Shown here piece after piece: positions 1 through 12,115 of a stretch of 64,000 nt of DNA (position 1 is its first letter; every line of letters begins with the position of its first letter). The stretch lies in assembly GCA_001244265.2 (NCBI GenBank), contig CDLV01000013.1, positions 1,178,001-1,242,000 of the forward strand. The letters run 5' to 3'. The stretch comes from Microbotryum violaceum (lineage: Eukaryota). Position numbers and translations under genes: made by a program. The notes below the pieces were generated by a model. That model saw nothing but the letters and a program-made list of their open reading frames with translations, did no database searches and had not been told where the DNA came from.

Positions 1-236
1 TTCAAAGAGCATGAAGCAGTGGGGCACGAGCAATGCATGCAGTATTGCAGGGATGATAGCATAAGGGGTGAACGACAGGACACGACTAGAATTATGAACC
101 TCCCAAAAGCCGTGACTTAGCGCTGAAAATTAAAAGTCTCGAATGCGCAGTCGTCGGGTGGGTGTCCGTGAAGCGGTTTGGTCGTGAGTGGTGGGGTATG
201 AATATCTGAAGGGCCGCAAGGAATCGAAAAGGAAGC

Positions 237-3132
237 TTAGAAAGGAGCCTTGTAGTTGGGGGGGTCTGTTCGGTTCAAAAGCGGTCAAGAGAGAAATTCA
301 AAAGAGAAATGTCAGTCTTTCAATTTCCGCATCCCGTGTGGGATCAAGCAAGAGGTTCAATTTACTCGAGCCGTCGCCGACCATGATCTTGTGGCCTTTA
401 CTCGGGATCTTGCCCTCGCAGACGGTGATCCATAAGAAGGCGGGGCCTATAAGAACAAGACACCAACTGTCAATATATGACAAAGACACTAGATCACACC
501 TCTCCACTAACCAGGAGGCCAAATCGTCCCATCATGCGGACTCTGGAAAGTGATCGTCGATTGATTGGACGAAGTGACGAGCAACTCGACCGATCGTTGA
601 TTCATGTGTAGAGCGTGGGTCGCGTATCCGCCATCGATGAGGACTACCCTGACGTTATCGCAGCCCATGGGGTTCGACATCGTCAAGGTGTAGCGACCGT
701 TGTATTCTGCGGAAAGAGGGGAGTAATGGAAGTCTGAGGCAACACGGATGGGCCCAAGCTAAGGGTGATATATAGACTCACTGATCTGCTGAGGATAATT
801 CAAGATGGCCGGTCGCTTCTTGGTCATATACGGAGGGGCGATAAGCTCGACCTCGAACCTGCGAAGTTGAAAAGGGCCCTAAGATGAGCCTCCCCGCGAT
901 CCCAGTCGAAACGAAAGGGGAGTAAACTAACCGAGACTTGTACGTCAGTCTGGTGAGTATGCGAGGGTTCGGAGACGAGCCCATTGTGAGGACGGATCCT
1001 TCGGTCGTGAGCAAGGAAGTAGAGTGGTACATGCGCTCAATCTTGGCCGGCGGGAACTCTTCGGAGAACCGTTGACCCCTGGGCGCGTCCGGGTTGTACA
1101 AGGTGGGAACAAGATTGGGGACTGCGGCATCTAGCAGTTGGGGATGAGGTCGGAGTCAGTTCTTGGAAGTGCGCCTGCGCGGAGGCTCTGGCTGGACATA
1201 CTACTGTGACCAACTGTAGTAAAAAGCAGACGTTTTTGGGCAGAAAAGCACACCTCAGTCAAGCACGAGCCTTCATGGCGTAGAGGACCTGCGACCAGCA
1301 GACGCGTACTCACCCATCCCGATCGCGTTTCCGTAGCCCGCGGTGCCCGTTTTGGCTCCGCCCACGATGAGCACCTGGCCATCAGGAGTGATGACGGGGT
1401 CACCCATGATACGAGGGCTCAACATGTGCTCGACCTCCCAGCCCGACATACTATTTCCTCTCGGGAAGGAGGTACGAGCGCATTGATCACTGACGGGTTC
1501 GTCGGCTCGAACGTTGAACCCCGGGTTAGTCAAGTTGACCGTGTTGAACACGCCCCCGCAGATGAGCACCTCCGAGATCCAGTTATTCTTGATCGTCAGA
1601 GGCAAAAGGACTGCTGTTCCCGAGCCGGGGTAGGTGGCCACGATCCCTCCTGGAACTCCTTTGACTCGGTGCTCGCGGTTATGCTTCCAGTCGTAGATCA
1701 TCGCGACATGGTTGGCCACCACAAATATATTGCCCGACCCGGACAGCAGGAACGCAAGAGGGAACAAATTCGAGTCGAGCGCGTCTTGCAAGAACTTGGA
1801 GTAGAATTGAGGTCCTTTGCTCGGAAAGAACTCCATCGTGGGATTGTCAACCTTCGGGTCGTTGTTGTACTGCCCTTTCTTGCTACCGCCCATAATGAGA
1901 GCCGAGCCGTCCGTGACGCGGACGACGGACGCGTACCAACGAGCCGATTGGATGTGGACCTTTTTCGGGTTGTCGAGGAGCCGATGGCTCGTCGGTTGGA
2001 AGATGCGAAGACCCGTGAAGCCATCTTCAGCGAAGCCCGGCTTTCCGAGCTCGGTGTGTTCAGACGGTTGGCCCCCGACGCTGATGATGTCGCCGTTCGA
2101 AAGGAAGGTACCCCCAGCGCAGAAGCTGTAAGAAAGGGTACCAGTGATCAGAGATTTTTCAGGAAGAGTTTAATTTTTTGTTTGTAGGGATCCGAACTTG
2201 CGAGTTAGTGACCATATTTAGAACTGTTTGTTTCCCCGTATGAATGTTGTAGATAACACCTACGGGGCGCAAGGGGAGAGTTGAGCAATCATCCGAGCGC
2301 AGACCGGCTTCGGGCTCTAAAGGATAAACTTACCCCAAGCACTATGATTATGGATCTGAAGCGGGTTATTCTGAGCCTTGTCCAGACTGAGTAGCGCTGG
2401 TCGTTAGCTTGCACATTCTGCGCCTTCGTGCCGAGGTACTCACACTTTCTCCCGATGCCGAGATAGGGGTCATTCGACAGGGATGACGAGCCAATCAGCG
2501 AAGTCTCTGTGATGTCTTAGCGATAGATGGTAGAAGCGATAACTCACTCTGAAACAGTCAAAGGTAGTGATACCGCATATCAAAGAAGTCAAAGTGACCC
2601 TGTGTCAGAATTCTGGGTCTCAACTTGGCACCAAAGGCAGCCCGATGTCTCACCAGCAGCTCGTCGTCAGAGGACTGGATCGCTTGCACTTTTGAATCGC
2701 CCACGCACGGTCAATCAGTTTTCCGCCTCTACTGCGTAAGGGCGACCCCAGTCGGATTGAAATGCACTTACTCGCACCAATACCGAGTTTACCAATGATT
2801 CTCGTCGTCGTTTCGCCGCTCCAAGCATCTTCTGACGGCGGTTTGCGTCTCCTCGCGCGCTTCAGCAAGGGGAGCCAGTGCGGTTCCTCGAGGAGGGGTT
2901 CTTCGGGGGACATTTCGGTAGAGTTGAGCTGGAACAAGGTCTCACCATCGTCAGCACCCGCCAAAGTCGGAATGGTCTCCGTATCTGGACCCTTAGAGGA
3001 GTTTCCGTCTGGTGGTGCGACGATTGCCGTCTCGAGTGCGAGAACGGACGTCGGCACGACCACCACGATCAAGCACAGCACGATCGAAGCGAATACAGCT
3101 GCGCGGGCGCGGCAGGGGCGGGTGTAGACCAT
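237..3132 (-). CDS. Copper-radical oxidase (glyoxal oxidase/galactose oxidase family, AA5_1-like), multi-exon, N-terminal signal/anchor
   Basis: ORF pieces: hydrophobic N-terminus (AAVFASIVLCLIVVVVP), YPGSGTAVLLPL, VLICGG, PRIMGDPVITPDGQVLIVGG, ERMYHSTSLLTTEGSVLTMGSSPN. Spliced C-terminus read by eye: GYATHALHMNQR...WPPGPAFLW...NPPNYKAPF*, stop at 237-239. Confidence 0.9.
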
Positions 3133-3479
3133 CCTGCTAACTCGCGCACAGGGCGCAAGACTTATGGGCGAGAAATTGGGCCTGTGGTGGAGAGTGTGGG
3201 TCGGTGAAAAGAGGATGGGGGGAGGAGGTTACGAAACGAAGGCCGCCATGCGGTTGGATACGTACGCCTTCGCCCGTTGGTCAACTCGAGCTCAGGCCCT
3301 CTATTTAGGGGCGAGCGATCCCTGCGCCGCACCGGGCAGTTCGGACATAACTTGGGGTTCAGATCACGGCGCGCCGGGAGCGGTCCGAGTTCGGTAGTAT
3401 TCTGTCGAATTCTGTTGAATTGCATTCTGCCTATCCTTCGAACACTCCCACTTGGACTGCCGTTTGACGGACTTACCCA

Positions 3480-3680
3480 CCTTTCGCCTCGGGCGCCTTT
3501 GGGCGCCTTTCATCCTTGCAGCTAAGCCGCCCCCTTGTCCGCGCTGCCCAAGCCGACCCCTTGCTCTCGCGACCAAGCCCCCTCCTTGTCCGCGCTGCCC
3601 AAGCCGCCGCGCGCCTTCGCCTTCGCCGCCCCACAGTCTTTCGCCTCGGCGCCTTCGCCTTCACAGCCAAGCCGCCCCCT
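3480..3680. repeat. GC-rich imperfect tandem repeat tract
   Basis: CCTTGTCCGCGCTGCCCAAGCCG occurs at ~3533 and ~3584. TTTCGCCTCGG(G)CGCCTT occurs at ~3482 and ~3639. Multiple CCAAGCC(G/C) units. Confidence 0.65.
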
Positions 3681-4950
3681 TATTCACCCGCGCCCGCCTG
3701 TTCAACTCACGCGCGCGCGCCGCTCCCTCCACGCCGGGACTTAGTCATATCCGCGCCTCTCACGCGTTGCTGACCCAAGGCCTCCACCTCGCCACAGCCA
3801 GTTGCCGCCTCCGACCTCATGGACCACAGGCAATACAGAACATTGCCCCTCCATGAAGTACGTCGCCTACCACCTGAAACTCACCGTAACGGATTGCCAC
3901 CTCCAACAATACCAGACCTCGTGGATAAGTCCTCCCCTCGTGTTCGTCGTCCAACACAACACCTCTCAGCCTCGATGGCCCACTAAGAGTTCGGCCTTAT
4001 GTGCTTCGCAATGTGATTGGCCAGCTTGCTATAATTCACCCGCGCGCCTGCCTGATAGAACTGTGTCCATCCCGTGCCTCCTTATGCCTTTCTTCCTCTT
4101 CTCTACCGCTTCCCAATATTAGCCAGACTGCTAATCTTCGGTAGAGAACAGATCGTCCAGCCGCGCCGCGTCCGTCTCGTCAGACCGCGCCTATGCCGCC
4201 TCACGACTTCTCCCCCCCCGGCCGACGTCGCACACAGCAGCCTCGTCGTAGCTCCACTAGTAGCCCAAGCGGTCGCTACTCCCAAGTCCGAAACTTCTTC
4301 GGCATCCACTCAACAAATTCTGTCATCTCGGCGTGCGCGGTGCCACGTGAGGCCGAAGATGTAAGGGTTTGATCCCTCAAAGGTCGCGAGAACTGCTACA
4401 ATCGACTGTTGACGTGTTCGATTCGTTTCAGGTTGATCTCGTCTAAGTCGTTTTGTAGTTGTCTTAAGTTCTCTAAAGGAAAGAAAGACTATCCAAAGGT
4501 ACTGTGACAAATCTATTCAAACGAGAGGAGAGCAAGTTGCCTCAGTTGTGGGCAGGGCCCGTGGGAGGGGCGCGCCCTCACAGGAGTCGACTACTTGCAT
4601 TTCTCCGCCAATTTGCAGACGGCAGACCTCGCATCATCCACGCTACCCAACTGTTAGAGAGTACATATTGTTCTGGCGCAAAGTAGAAATTGGAAAGTTA
4701 TTGCAGATTCTGTTCTACACGGTTGCTCGGCAAGGGGATCGTTAAAGGGGAAGGCATAAAGAGGACAGGAGCGATTCAAGTCAAGATTTCGAGCACAAAC
4801 ATGAGTTGAGGACAAAGGGGAGTTGAAAGAGTATGGCATCAAGCCATCTCATGTAACCATGCAATGTGTACATGTCGAACGAAGGTGCGTGCAGCGTGGA
4901 GAGCGCCGACATTGATGGGCAATGAGGCGATCGGACACGCGACGCTCGGT

Positions 4951-6500
4951 TTAGCCGATGTTGCGGATCGTGCCGAGCTGGCTACCGTCGATGCCTTGCA
5001 TCCATCCGTTGAGCAATTGCTGGTGGTAGTCGCCGTTGTTCTGGCACTGGAAGCACGAGTCCCTGATTTTGGTCGCGCCGTAGTAAGTCAAACCTCGGTA
5101 CCTGCGATCGCAGACAGATTGAAGGCGGGAGAGCGCATCAACACCAGTGGATCTGAGCGGCAAGCCCTCATCGTAGCCTTTTCGGACTGACCATCCATTG
5201 TACATGCCAAGCGAAACCAAGACGTCGCCGTTCTGTTGATCCAAGAGGCCCTTGAGGTATCGAGCACCCGTGCCGACGTTGTAGTCCGGATCGGCGCAGT
5301 TGCCGTTGGGTGCGTTACCACACTTGTCGGAGCTGTTCAGGGTCACGTCAAAGAAGGTGAGGGTTCAGCAAACCAGTGTATCCAGGAAAGGGAGGGCGTA
5401 AGGTAAATAGCATACGTGATTTGCATCAAGCCCCAAGCTCCACCGTGGTCACCCATAGTTCCGGCGTTGCACGAAGATTCCTGCATCGCGATCGAGGCGA
5501 GCAAGATGGGCGGCAGGCCGAGCTGCGACCCGTACTTCTCGAAGAGGTAGACGTAAGGCTTGCATGCCGAGAAGACTGAGTTGGGCATGGCGAGGGCTTC
5601 TTCCATGGTCCGCGCACGGAGCTGGGAAATCTTGATGTAGGGAGGGTTCTGCATGAGGAAGATATATAAGACGGTGAGCTTTCGGTAAAGGCCCCTCGGG
5701 ACGATGCATGCAATGACAAGACGTACCCAGCCCGAGTTGGGGTTCGAGGTTGAAAATCCGCAGTTGAGCCAAGACTCGGCACCGTTGGGTCCAGACGACT
5801 TGGTGATCGCCTCTGTAGCACCCGAAGCACCGCACTGACTCGTCGACACGCCAAAAAGACCGGGACCATCACCGTTGCTCTTGGACGTGAAGACCGTGCC
5901 GCCCGAACCGCTGCTCGAACTCTTGCCCGTCTTGGAATCGAGCTTGGCCTTGATGCCGGACGCCTTCTTGGTCGCCACCTTCTTCGTCTTCTTGTGTGTT
6001 GTTTTATTCTTGTGTGTCACCTTCTTCTTGTTCGAGACCGTCTTTTTCTTGGTGGTCGTCATCTTCTTAGGCGTTGTTTTGCGGATCGTTCGATGCTTGT
6101 GTTTTTGGACAGGCCTCTTGACCGTCTTAGCCTTGGACTTGCGAAGGTGCTTGCTGGCGATCGTATGCTTCTTCCTCGAAGCAGAGACCTTGGTGGTGGT
6201 CCGAATGTGAGTCGACGCCCCCTTCGTGCTCGCCAATTGAAGTCTCACAGCCGAATTGGACTTGGCCGCGACGGCCGTACGTTGCCTCGCCTTGGCCGCG
6301 CAGGACCGTCGGCGCAGAGGCGAAGAGACGTGAGGGTCTTCGGCGCCGGTCGCGGCGACGTTGAGGGTACTGGGTTGGACCACCTCTTGTCGGCCCAGGA
6401 GGTCACGGTTCTGATACCATTCGAGATTAGGGTGGGCTGCGACGCCGGAAATAAGGGTCGAGATGGCGCCGAGCAAGTAGAGCAGCGCAGAAATATGCAT
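4951..6500 (-). CDS. Secreted GH23 / SLT lysozyme-like protein with long Lys/Thr/His-rich basic linker
   Basis: Signal peptide MHISALLYLLGAISTLISGVAA. Catalytic-type motifs LASIAMQESSCN and GLMQIT. C-terminal DPDYNVGTGARYL...GMYNGW. Introns separate the ORF pieces. Confidence 0.85.
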
Positions 6501-7345
6501 GGTGCGGAAATTGAAGCGCGACGGAAACACAGGCCGGGAACGAGGGTGTGCAGGCGTCGTCAAGACGTCTTGTGTGTGAAAAGGTACAAATTGACGTGAA
6601 AAGGAACGAGAGGGAAAAGCAATGTACGATCTGTTGATTAGATAGAGAAGACAAGTGGTATCACCATGGAAACGAAGTTATGGGTCAGCCGTTTGCAAAT
6701 TCGACCGCTTGGCGATGCGCCGGCACGCGCGGACGCATCATTTCGGAGTTCGCTCAACCCGAGTCGGCGGGCGCCGCGACGCGACTCACCTTCAAGTTCA
6801 GAGGGAAAAAAAGAGGTTCCGGTTCGGGACGTGAGAGGAGGGCACACAAAGCAGACCAGTACTTTGGTGTTGTCGCGGAAAAAGTGGGCGGAGAGGGTGA
6901 AACGAAAGTGAGTAGGTGGGTGGAGAGACAGAGGAGGAGGAGAGAAACAGATGATGAGGGGAATACAAAGGTCGAAGCGGCCCTCCGAGTCGAGGCTCGC
7001 GCTCAAGATCGGGTCGGCCGCTCAGCGCTCAGCGTCGGCCGGCGCCAGGTCAATGAGGGGCGCGTGCGCGCGCGTCGCGGCGCGTGGGACAAATAGCTTG
7101 ACATGCCCCACTTTTCCTTGGCGTGAAGACTGGGCGGAGGGCGCTGTCGCTGATTGCTCAATGGTGACAGGACAAACCCAGCGTTCAGGCTTGCGAACCG
7201 GAGATCTGGAATCCGGGAATCATCGAGTTTGTAGTTGCAAAGCCTGTACACGCGTCGTCACCTCTTGGCCGCGCAACTTCCGTGCGATCGACCGGGTTAG
7301 AGACACCAGTCACGTGATTTATCAAGGGTTTTCTCATGTCGTTTC

Positions 7346-10300
7346 CTATTGCACATCAGTTCTCCCCGACCACTCTTTCTCCACCTCCTCAGCCATACTA
7401 GCAAAAAAAGCCTCATCATCATCGTCGTCCTCGGCCCCACTCCCGAGTTCGCTACTCGTCTCGCCGTTACGTGAGCTCGCGCGCGAGGTGTTTGTCGTCT
7501 CTGGATCCCCTGATTCTCCTCCTTCTTTTCGGGCCTCCGAATCAAAATTGACGTCGTGGGGGAACGAGACCTTGAGGAGGTTCGAGCTTCGCATTCGGGA
7601 GGTCTTGACTCGTTTTTGTAATGGACTGTCCGCGACGACGCCACTGGAAGTTGCGAGAGCCTGATCCTTCTTCCCACCAGCGTCACTCTTCAATCTTGAA
7701 TCGCTCGAGCCTCCTCGTTCCACATCATCCGTCGACGACCCTCCATTCGATCTCAATGAGCTCGGCCTAGGTCTCTTCTTCCCCTTCCCCACCAAAGAAC
7801 CCACCATCAAACCCTTTGCCGAACTCGAAGTCCTCGCACTCCCCGTCGAAGCATCGGAATCGTATTCGCTCTCAGCCAAAGCATCTTCAATCTCCTTCTC
7901 CGCATTGGCCCAATCGACCTCTTCCAATTCGGCGTCAAGATCGTCCTGTTCCGCCATCCTTCTCAAAGCCTCTTCATCAAATCCATCGATGTCGTCGAGA
8001 TCCCCACCGCCCAGAGGTAATCCTGCCTCCACCAATCGCAGAAATTGATCATCCTCTTTCTCTTCATCTTCGTCCTCCTCGTCTTGTCCCGAAGGGTCAG
8101 GATCATCAGGCGTGATCAATAGATACGCCCTCTCGTCCAACTTCTCCCATCGAGCAATACTATCGACCAACCAACCCGGTCGAACGACCTTGATGCTCTT
8201 TATTGAATAAGCTTGGTGAACTTTGGCAGTCCCTGCTTCTTTAGCGACGAGGTGGGTCGTGCGGGAGGAGATGGATTCGGCGCAATGGGCTCCGAAAAGG
8301 GTCGCGAGTCGCCACCATTCGGATTGGGAGGCCGGTGTTCCGAGTGCTACGAGACCCGAAAAGACCAAGGAGGTGAAGGAAAAGGTGCGTCGCTTTAGAG
8401 AAGGTATGATGTTCTTCACGTCGGAGGTGGTGGTAGGATCTCCGTCGGAGGACGTCGATGAGGTGCCAGGTCGATAAAAAGTGTCGCAAATCGTTTTGAG
8501 AATCTGTGCAAATGGCATCGTGAGCCAGCATTTAGCATCCAGATGACCGCGGAGAAGTTCGTTTACTCAGACTCACATCAAACAGCCGTATTAATTCCCT
8601 ATCATCATCCTTAAGCACAGCTTCCCGAGGCGGTGGCGTCGTCGATCTAACCACATCCTGGGCCGATGTCTTGGTAGAATGATCCTCTTCGTCGTCATCC
8701 TCCTCCTCTTCCTCTTCGTCTTCTTGATCATCGTCGTCCGAATCCAGCTCTGCTCGATCAACGGGTTTGACCGATGACGACGACGACGATGACGACCCTT
8801 CCTTCTTGGCTTGTTCAAGCGCTTTGGCTGCCAAAGGTCGTGATTCGATTTGTTCAGTGAGGACTTGGGCCGTCGAGGCTTTGGCTTCCGACATGGAGAG
8901 AGATATGATGGTCGAGTCGTCTGTTGTATCGGTCGAGAACGAAGGGGAGGTGGAAGAGGAAACAGAGGTGGAAGAGGGAGGTAGTAGAGGGGAGGGGGAG
9001 GGGTTCGGAGGTAGGAACGCTGAGTTGATGTCACCTATCCCGACGAAGAATTCGTCTGTCGAGAACCAAAGAACGGTGGGTAGCGGGGTTAGTGGGTCGA
9101 TCGTCCGCGAATGAATACCGTAATTGTAGCACGCACAGGGAATGACTTTGACTAGATTAGGAACACCATCCCAAACGTCTGCCCGATCGTCAATAATGAC
9201 GACCATGTGATCGTCGCACGGAAACAAGCGTTGCAATGATTTCCGGGTCAAACCTGCTCACAGGGCACGTCAGTCTCGGCTCGGCTCGAGAGACGCCACG
9301 CTTCATCGCGTTGTGGACTCACTCCCAGATTCATCACGACTCAATATCCTTCCCCCGAACAGTCTTCCGTCCGGGTCGATGACGTTGCACACTTCGATCG
9401 CGTAGGCACGGGTCCCCATCGTGTAAACGTGCATCTCGTAAATCTCTGCCAGGTCGGCCAAAAATTGATCCAACCCTGGTCTGCAGGAGGTATGATACAG
9501 AGCACACGACGGAACGACGTGATTGGACAACATTTCTACTTGCTTCTTGAATACACTCTGCGAGACTGACCTTTTCTTGACATAGTAGATGCACCCATCA
9601 TCAACGCTCTGATCCCCCGAAGTCATCCCCAGTCGGAAACTCTTGACGCCGTCCAAAGCCTCATGGTTCGGATTGTCCGAATCGGCAAGCCATTCTCCAA
9701 CCGTTGGATCAACCGTTGCGTGCACGATCGTTTGGTCGAGATCGACGATGAGGGAAAGCTTTTTGGCGGATAAGAGGCGAGAGGTTGTCGCTGCTTCGAG
9801 ACGGGAGGCTTCCTGGATTCGGCAAGAATTGAGGTTTGACGGAGTCAGGATGGGGTAATGGAGGTGGAAAAGAGTTGCACTTTATCAACATAAGCGTTCT
9901 TTCGCATATCGGGATACTCATAGGATTCGACTTACCTCGAGAGACACGGTCAAGCCTCCGACGTCGTGAACCATGGCGATCTTGGCCCTCGATGTCTCCG
10001 AAAAGCCCGTGTAGTCGGTTCTGAACAAGGACATAGCTTACGAATGAGTTTGCTTCTTCGGCCTCTTATTTTCCCATGCTTGCCGATGTGACTGACCCTG
10101 TGAGGTCCCTCCCGCAGAGCGCACACAGCCCGTGAAGTTGAACGTCGTGGGTGCAATCCTCCTTGATGTACACGAGGGGGACACTGGGAGGGTGGCAGAA
10201 GGGTCATCAAGTCGGTCAGATTTCGATGTTGTAACAAAGGCGACATGATATCCGCTTGAGGTGATGCAAATGCGTATGAACATCGCCTCGTTTGCCCAAA

Positions 10301-10689
10301 GTGATGTTCATCCACCGCGCTTCGTTCCGCCGACGCGTCGATCCGCTTGTTCGAGTCACGGGGGTAGTTGGTGTACGAGGATAGCCAGACAAAGGCAATG
10401 TAACGTAAAGAATGTACTTTGTATCCCGCACCACAGTCCCGTGACTGATCCGGTCAGCCCATCCCTCGAACTGTCCCTCGATAGGGCTCTCGTACACCTT
10501 GGACAAGCGCTCCGCCTTCCCATCACTAGGCCCCGGCGCGCCGGTTCGGGGAACAAACGAATAGGTGAATAGGGCTTGGGTCTTGGTGATAGGGCTATGG
10601 GGTTGTTGCACGAGTAGACGCTGGATCGTGATGGGGAAGGGGAGCGAGGACGGCGCGAACAGGGTCGTGAAGGAAGACTGATCCGCCAT
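7346..10689 (-). CDS. FCP1: RNA polymerase II CTD phosphatase FCP1 (FCPH + BRCT)
   Basis: Exon near 10100-10190 reads CTHDVQLHGLCALCG. DxDxT motif LIVDLDQTIVHAT at ~9720-9755. Also RPG...MHVYTMGTRAYA, MVVIIDDRADVW, BRCT-like THLVA...GTAKV...PGWLVDS and an acidic tail. Confidence 0.93.
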
Positions 10690-11215
10690 GTCACTGGCGA
10701 GTACGGCCGGACTAGTTCTGAACGCTCTCTGGCGATTGGTGGGAAGGGTGGGAAGGTTAAGGGGAGTATACGAAGAGGGCCGGGGGGGACAGGGTGGAAG
10801 CAGAGCAGCGCGAGTGCGAGCAGAGCGTGTGGGGAGCCCCACTTCCCACTTGGTCCGGCCGTCCGAAAGCCGGCACTAATAACAAAGTAAATTGCCATTT
10901 GCGCCCAAGGTGGGCCAGGCTGCACCAGACCGTACTTTTCGATGATGACTTGACCTCTCAAAACACTAATTATTGACCATAGTCAGGAATGTCCGAAAAG
11001 CAAGTTGAACCCCGGGCAGTGAAGTGAGTCTCAGCTGTCCGTCGAAATTCGCCATCATGACGCACTTGTTGCGAGACGAGACTGGCATGGAGGAGCGACC
11101 GGGCTCGACTTGACATCACACACTCGGAACCCCCGCGGTCGCAACACTCATTGGACTCTACAACAACCTGCCTCATAACTCAACCCTTCCCCAAGCTCAG
11201 CGCACCCCACCCACC

Positions 11216-11646
11216 ATGTCAGCTCGTCTCATCTCGCCCGGGCTTGCGATCCTCGTCGGCGTCGGTTCAGGTGTCTACATCTTTAGTACGTCCACATCGC
11301 CCCTTCCTCTTCTTGCCAAGCTCAATTCTGATACATTGCGCCCTCACAGAACCCTTGTTGGAATCCTACGCCGCGTGAGTCCCTCCACTCTCTCCTTCCC
11401 CCTCAAGTCCCTTCGAGCTCACCGCTTTGCTCTGTATGCAGTTCAACAGGCGGTTCCTTCCGCCCCTCCGACGACCATCACTCAGCTCCCGTACCACCCC
11501 TCCCTATGACCCAACTCCAACCGGGCAAATCACTCCAAGGGGAAGACCTACGCGCGAGTCCGAAGCAGGCTTTTGTGGGCGGTCAGGGGAGGATAGAGTT
11601 GGTCGCGAGTCAGACGACGGAGGAGGGGAAACCAAAGTTGGTTTGA
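11216..11646 (+). CDS. Small single-TM protein (~99 aa), PIGBOS1-like; exons 11216-11285, 11350-11374, 11442-11646
   Basis: Canonical introns GTACGT..CAG (11286-11349) and GTGAGT..CAG (11375-11441) give the open frame MSARLISPGLAILVGVGSGVYIFKPLLESYAASTGGSF...KPKLV*. Confidence 0.7.
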
Positions 11647-12115
11647 GAGGGTGGGCAGGCGGAAGCTGTATTTGTTTTCGTTCGTATGATATGCTTTGAA
11701 GAATGCACCTGGTCTTCCTAGAGCAGCGGAAGGGAAAAATTCGGTCGCAGTGATCTCCGAAACCGAGGCGCCGGCCGACGGAATGGAGAAAGTCTACCTC
11801 GACCCCTGAACACGTTACTCGACCACTGCCGAGAGAGAGGAAACACCGAAAACCATCGATCGAGCTCTAACTTCGGCAATCAACCAGATTTGACGAATGG
11901 GCCCTCCAATTGACTAGGCAACATTTCGTGTTCCAAGATTCGCAAGCTCCTCTTCATCGGCGTCACGCCATCTCGGCGATCGCGTGCTCGGGCGACCGCT
12001 TAGCACGACTTTCGGTTCGGGCGCCGCCTTCAGGGGGTTTGGGCGAGTCCTTGGGACGTACGACCCGACGGCTCGTCTTTTGACCACGACCGCTTCACCT
12101 AGTTTTATTCACAGT

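Noticed and set aside
1426-2187. 253-aa plus-strand ORF
   Set aside because: Antisense shadow of the copper-radical oxidase; no domain features.
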